From Nitriliruptoraceae bacterium (lineage in GTDB: Bacteria > Actinomycetota > Nitriliruptoria > Nitriliruptorales > Nitriliruptoraceae), in assembly GCA_007123425.1 (NCBI GenBank), contig SKLC01000079.1, forward strand, positions 1-52,857: a stretch of 52,857 bases of DNA, in the 5' to 3' direction. This document shows, piece by piece, positions 48,647 to 52,857 of the stretch. A model generated the notes under the pieces. It did not search any database, was not told the DNA's origin, and saw nothing but the letters and a program-made list of their open reading frames with translations. The translations under genes were made by a program, and so were the position numbers. Position 1 is the stretch's first letter. Each line of letters begins with the position of its first letter.

Positions 48647-49537
48647 TCAGGGTCGGCTGCCTTCCCTCGTCGCGCTCGCAGCGAGCCAGGCCGCGTCGAG
48701 GTCGCCGTGGGCCACCTCGACCGCGGGGCCGGCCAGCAGGACCGTGCCGCCGGGCTCGTGGGTGATCGTCAGGGTGCCCCCGGGCAGGTGCACCTCCACC
48801 CGCTCGCCGACCCGCTCGCGCCGCTGCAGCGCCACGACCGCAGCGCACGCGCCGGTGCCGCAGGCGGCGGTCTCGCCCACGCCGCGCTCCCACACGCGCA
48901 GCCGGATCTCGTCGTCGCCCAGCACCTGGGCGAACCCCACGTTGACCCCGTTGGGGAAGCGGGGATGGTGCTCCAGGCGCGGCCCGAGCGAGGTGACGGG
49001 CGCAGCGGACGTCGCACCGACCTCGAGCACCGCGTGGGGGTTGCCCATCGACACCGCGCTCAGCAGCACCGGGGTGTCGTCCACGACGACCTCGTGCTGC
49101 AGCGCCGGCCCCGCCGCCGCGTCCGCGACGAAGGGCACGGCGCTGGGCTCGAGGACGGGCGGCCCCATGTCGACGGTGGCGCGCTGGAGGCGACCCTGCG
49201 CGTCCCGCTCGACCTGCACCGGCTTGACGCCGGCCCGCGTGGCGACGCGCACCTCGTCGGCGTCGGCGCCCACCAGCCCGTGATCGACCATGTGCTTGGC
49301 GGTGACCCGGACGCCGTTGCCGCACATCTCCACGGCCGTCCCGTCGGCATTGCGGTAGTCCATGAAGACATGGGCCCCCTCGGGCGGGGCACCGAGGCGC
49401 AGCACCCCGTCGCCGCCGAGCCCGTGCCGGCGATCGCACAGGGCACGAACGAGGGCGTCGGACACCTCGAGTCGGTCCTCCAGGTCGGGGAGGACCACGA
49501 AGTCGTTGCCCGTGCCGTGGGCCTTGGTGAACCGCAT
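48647..49537 (-). CDS. dapF: Diaminopimelate epimerase
   Basis: MRFTKAHGTGNDFVV. Both catalytic Cys motifs are present (MCGNG, ACGTGA). Confidence 0.95.
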   Translation of the reverse strand: MRFTKAHGTGNDFVVLPDLEDRLEVSDALVRALCDRRHGLGGDGVLRLGAPPEGAHVFMDYRNADGTAVEMCGNGVRVTAKHMVDHGLVGADADEVRVATRAGVKPVQVERDAQGRLQRATVDMGPPVLEPSAVPFVADAAAGPALQHEVVVDDTPVLLSAVSMGNPHAVLEVGATSAAPVTSLGPRLEHHPRFPNGVNVGFAQVLGDDEIRLRVWERGVGETAACGTGACAAVVALQRRERVGERVEVHLPGGTLTITHEPGGTVLLAGPAVEVAHGDLDAAWLAASATREGSRP

Positions 49538-49604
49538 GGCCGCCAGCGTACGCGCCCGCTGGCGTCCCGGGGCGTGGCCGTGCGGGCGAGCCGGCGGCGT
49601 GCGC

Positions 49605-50870
49605 TCAGCTCGACGAGACCTCCAGCGGCAGCCGGTCGGTGGGGTGGTGCAGGAGGAGGTCGGTGAGCGCGTCGCCGTCCATCGGGCGGGCGTAGTGGAA
49701 GCCCTGGGCGAGGTCGTAGTCGAGGTCGGCCACGCGACGGCCCTGGGCCGAGACCTCGATGCCCTCGGCGACCACGCCGACCCCGAGCACGCGGCACAGC
49801 TGCACGACCCCGCCGGCCAGCGCCTGCGCCTCCGGATCGTCGTCGAGGTCGACGGTCAGCGTGCGGTCGACCTTGACCAGATCGATGGGGAAGGACCGCA
49901 GGTAGGCCAGCGAGGAGTAGCCGGTGCCGAAGTCGTCGACGGCCACCCGCACGCCCAGCCGCTGCAGCTCGTGGAGCTCCGCCACGGTGTCGGGGCGCTC
50001 CTCGAGCAGGGCGCTCTCGGTGATCTCCACGCACAGGTTGGCGGGCGCGAGCCCGCTGTCCTCGATGCCGTGGCGGATCCGCTGCACGAGCCGCGGCGAG
50101 GCCAGCTCGCGGCCGCAGAGGTTGACCGAGACGAACCACGGCTGCCGTCCCGCGCGCGTGGAGACCTCCGCCCACGCCGAGGCCTGTCGGCAGGCGGTCT
50201 CCAGCACGTAGCCGCCAACCTCCTCGATGAGCTCGGAGCGCTCCGCCAGGGGGAGGAACGCCCCGGGACCGAGCACGCCGCGCTCGGGATGGCGCCAGCG
50301 CACGAGGGCCTCGACGCCCACCACGCGCTGCGTGCCCGTGGCCACGATCGGCTGGTACTGCAGGAACAGCTCCCCCTGGGCCAGGCCACGCCGCAGGTCG
50401 CGCTCCTCCCGCAGGCGACGCACCTCGTCGCCCAGCCCGGGCAGCGAGGTGCGCACCAGCAGCGCCATCAGCTGGCCGATCAGGACGAAGAACACGGCGC
50501 GTGTCACCCACCGCGCCCCCTCCTGCGTGCTGGCCGCCGTCACGTCCACGTAGGTCAGAGGCCCCGCCAGGACGCCCGCGGCGAGCGCGGTCACCAGCGC
50601 CGCGCCGGCTCCGAAGCGGGCGGCGGCGAAGAGGATCGGCACGTAGAACAGGTGGGGCACCAGCTGGTCCGCGCCGCCGGCCAGGTGGGTGGCCAGCCAC
50701 GAGGCCGCCAGACCACCGGCGAGGAGCCCCCCGGCGACCGGCGAGGAGGTGACCACCGACGCCCGCACGGTGTCGCGGGCCCAGGCCCGGGGCCCGGGCC
50801 ACGGACGGCGGCGGGACGCCACCGGGATCTCGCGCTCCACGATCTCCCTCGCGCGGCCGACGATGTGCAC
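49605..50870 (-). CDS. Membrane-anchored EAL-domain c-di-GMP phosphodiesterase (catalytic residues intact)
   Basis: N-terminal TM region. EAL domain motifs: QPIV, EALVRW, NL, EITES, DDFGTGYSSL, KVD, AEGIE, QG. Start is GTG 50870. Confidence 0.85.
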   Translation of the reverse strand: MHIVGRAREIVEREIPVASRRRPWPGPRAWARDTVRASVVTSSPVAGGLLAGGLAASWLATHLAGGADQLVPHLFYVPILFAAARFGAGAALVTALAAGVLAGPLTYVDVTAASTQEGARWVTRAVFFVLIGQLMALLVRTSLPGLGDEVRRLREERDLRRGLAQGELFLQYQPIVATGTQRVVGVEALVRWRHPERGVLGPGAFLPLAERSELIEEVGGYVLETACRQASAWAEVSTRAGRQPWFVSVNLCGRELASPRLVQRIRHGIEDSGLAPANLCVEITESALLEERPDTVAELHELQRLGVRVAVDDFGTGYSSLAYLRSFPIDLVKVDRTLTVDLDDDPEAQALAGGVVQLCRVLGVGVVAEGIEVSAQGRRVADLDYDLAQGFHYARPMDGDALTDLLLHHPTDRLPLEVSSS

Positions 50871-51024
50871 ATGAGCCTAGGCGAAGATGACTCAACGCAT
50901 ACGAAAAACTCCAATTAGTCAGATCCGAGGGGGCCATGATCCAACGTCCTCGGCGTGCGGCTCGCCCGCCCCGCTCGCCCCGCCCGTGGACGTCGACGAG
51001 GCACCGGGGCGCCGGCCGGCCCCG

Positions 51025-52530
51025 TCAGGACCGACGGGTGCCCTCCTCGAGGTCGTCGAGGTCGTCGAGGTCGGTCACCGTGCGCCGGCCATCGGCCCCC
51101 GTGAAGGTCAGGGAGAACCGTCGGGAGGCGAGGTCGGCCACGAGCGTCGCCTCGTGCTCCTCGTGCTGCCAGCCCAACGTCAGCTCTCCGGGTCCCGACG
51201 AGCTGTGGGTGCACCGGCCCCCGAAGGCCGGATGGGCGCTGCGGAACCGGATCGCCGCGCACTGTCGCCGCACCACGTCTCGCGCCAGGTCCCGGTCGAT
51301 CTCCTCCGGCGCATACCGGTGGCGGTTGATGTCCCGCCCGATGCCGGTGGCTGCCAGCAGATCAAGATCGTTGTGGCCGGCCAGCAGGCCGACGTAGTAG
51401 ACCTGCGGGACCCCGGGCACGAAGAGCTGCAGCAGCCGCGCCAGCAGGTAGGCGCGATCGTCGCGGCCCAGGGCGTCGTAGTACGTCGAGTTCACCTGGT
51501 AGAGGTCGACGTTGGAGGCGGCCTCGCCCGTCGCCCGCCGGCTGTCGCCGCCGGTGTTGTCGTGGATCCGCTCCACGAGCGCATCGATCTCGGCCTCCCC
51601 CAGCAGCCCGGGGCGTCCGCGGTCGGTGGCGTCGGGCCCGACGTCGCGCACCCCGATCCCGTCATGGGTGTCCAGGACCGTCACGGCGTTCGTGGGCCGG
51701 ATCTCGAGCCAGCGCTGCAGCGGCTGCGCGTCGCCCGTGAACAGCCCGTGGAGCACCAGGGGGGCGAGCCCGAAGTCGTAGACGCGATCGACCCGCGCCG
51801 CGATCGCGACCTGCTGCTCGTAGTGCGCATGGATCTCGACCAGCACCTCCATGCCACGTCGCGCGGCCCAGGAGCGCAGGCGCTCGATGAACCGGTGGGT
51901 CTCCTCCGTGACGAAGCAGGTGGTGCCCGGGGTCTTGACCGCATAGCCGACCGCGTCGAGGCGGACCATGCGCACCCCCGCCGCGGCGAGCCGGTCGAGG
52001 ACCGAGCCCAGGTAGGCCTCGGTCGTGGGGTCCTCGACGTCGAGATCGATCTGGGCGCTGGTGAACGTGGTCCACATGATCCGGCGGCCGCCGCCGCGCA
52101 GCGTGACGTCGGTCAGCGGCAGGCCGGGCCGCGGGCGGTACACCTGCAGCAGGTCGTCCTCGGTCGCGCCGTCGGGGAAGACCCGATCGAAGGTGAGGAA
52201 CATCCCGGCGAACGGCGAGGCCGCGCCCTGCGCCAGGAAGTCCCGGAACTGCCGCGACGCCGACGAGATGTGGTTGACGATCAGGTCGGCCATCACCTCG
52301 CTCCGGCCGGCGAGGGCTGCGACGTCCTCCCAGGTGCCCAGCCGCGGGTCCACCTCGGTGTGGTCCGTCGGGTCGAACCCGGCGTCCGCGCCGTCGATCG
52401 GGGTGTAGAACGGCAACAGGTGGACGCCGCCGAACAGGCCCGCCAGGGGCCCCTCGAGCAGGTCGGCCAGGCCGCGCACGGACCCGCCGAACCGGTCGGC
52501 GTAGGCGATGAGCTGGACCTGGTCTCGCAT
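51025..52530 (-). CDS. Sucrose phosphorylase-family (GH13_18) glycoside phosphorylase
   Basis: ATG 52530 (MRDQVQLIAYADRFGG). Motifs RLDAVGY, EIHAHY, LDTHDGIG. GTG 52572 is an alternative start. Substrate (sucrose versus glucosylglycerate etc.) cannot be told from sequence. Confidence 0.85.
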   Translation of the reverse strand: MRDQVQLIAYADRFGGSVRGLADLLEGPLAGLFGGVHLLPFYTPIDGADAGFDPTDHTEVDPRLGTWEDVAALAGRSEVMADLIVNHISSASRQFRDFLAQGAASPFAGMFLTFDRVFPDGATEDDLLQVYRPRPGLPLTDVTLRGGGRRIMWTTFTSAQIDLDVEDPTTEAYLGSVLDRLAAAGVRMVRLDAVGYAVKTPGTTCFVTEETHRFIERLRSWAARRGMEVLVEIHAHYEQQVAIAARVDRVYDFGLAPLVLHGLFTGDAQPLQRWLEIRPTNAVTVLDTHDGIGVRDVGPDATDRGRPGLLGEAEIDALVERIHDNTGGDSRRATGEAASNVDLYQVNSTYYDALGRDDRAYLLARLLQLFVPGVPQVYYVGLLAGHNDLDLLAATGIGRDINRHRYAPEEIDRDLARDVVRRQCAAIRFRSAHPAFGGRCTHSSSGPGELTLGWQHEEHEATLVADLASRRFSLTFTGADGRRTVTDLDDLDDLEEGTRRS

Positions 52531-52607
52531 CGCGCTCGCACGTCCCTTCGGCCGACCGGGTTTCGACGTCACGTCCCCGGTCTAGCAGACGGCGGGTGAC
52601 AGCGGGA

Positions 52608-52857
52608 TCAGCCCGACCCCCAGCGCCGGCGGATCGCCGCGACGTCCGTGGCGACGCAGCGCGGGTCGGCCCGGAACCAGCCGCGCTGGCGCTTTGCGAA
52701 GCGCCAGGTCCGGGTCGCGATGACCTCGGCCAGGCGCGCCGGGGAGAGCTCCCCGTCGAGCACCGCGAACGCCTCGGCGTAGCCGATGGCCTGCGCGGCG
52801 GTCCGCGACGGCGCCCCGTGGCGCGCGCGGAGTCGCCGCGCCTCCTCCACCAGGCCC
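52608..52857 (-). CDS. miaA: tRNA dimethylallyltransferase, 3' end only (gene continues beyond the window)
   Basis: C-terminal MiaA-like sequence ...AAQAIGYAEA...TRTWRFAKRQRGWFR. Confidence 0.8.
   Translation of the reverse strand, partial: GLVEEARRLRARHGAPSRTAAQAIGYAEAFAVLDGELSPARLAEVIATRTWRFAKRQRGWFRADPRCVATDVAAIRRRWGSG

Overview
High-GC (roughly 70%) chromosomal segment from an Actinomycetota genome. It is densely coding: about 50 CDS that I can support. I found no rRNA, tRNA, CRISPR array, transposase or integrase. Most long ORFs in the six-frame track are antisense or out-of-frame shadows typical of high-GC DNA. Several real genes start well inside the listed ORF, and I re-derived those starts from RBS, homology and 4-nt start/stop overlaps. 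The backbone is the conserved actinobacterial DNA-damage/dNTP neighbourhood. It comprises class II ribonucleotide reductase nrdJ (with an NrdR box upstream), nrdR, a LysM ChiZ/DivS-like gene divergent from lexA, and further on hflX-dapF and the 3' end of miaA. Accessory genes lie between these anchors: an R2lox-acyl-CoA dehydrogenase pair, an ABC exporter, a glycogen-debranching-type glucosidase, a TetR/acidic membrane protein/P-type ATPase module, and AhpD-like plus PIG-L genes. There are also two tandem LiaF-like membrane proteins, an EAL phosphodiesterase and a sucrose-phosphorylase-family enzyme. The region also holds at least three gene remnants. The left third carries transport and metabolic genes, a degenerate GGDEF response regulator, and an orphan Cys-rich REC-like gene followed by an ATP-grasp ligase. 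The most interesting signals are listed here. (1) Four Cheo-type SOS boxes, plus a RecA-NDp-like promoter, lie in the lexA/LysM divergent region. (2) A 79-aa ORF ends in GHYL, which resembles the proteasome-docking tail of Bpa/PafE. (3) The REC-like/ATP-grasp pair. (4) The R2lox-ACAD operon. (5) Several decay or junction signatures: an EAL C-terminal remnant next to an AT-rich island, an FG-GAP-like remnant, and a start-less domain fragment in frame after a TGA stop. I could not identify a clear-cut novel multi-gene system such as a defence island. The hypotheses below are ranked accordingly, and family names come from motif recognition by eye, not from searches.
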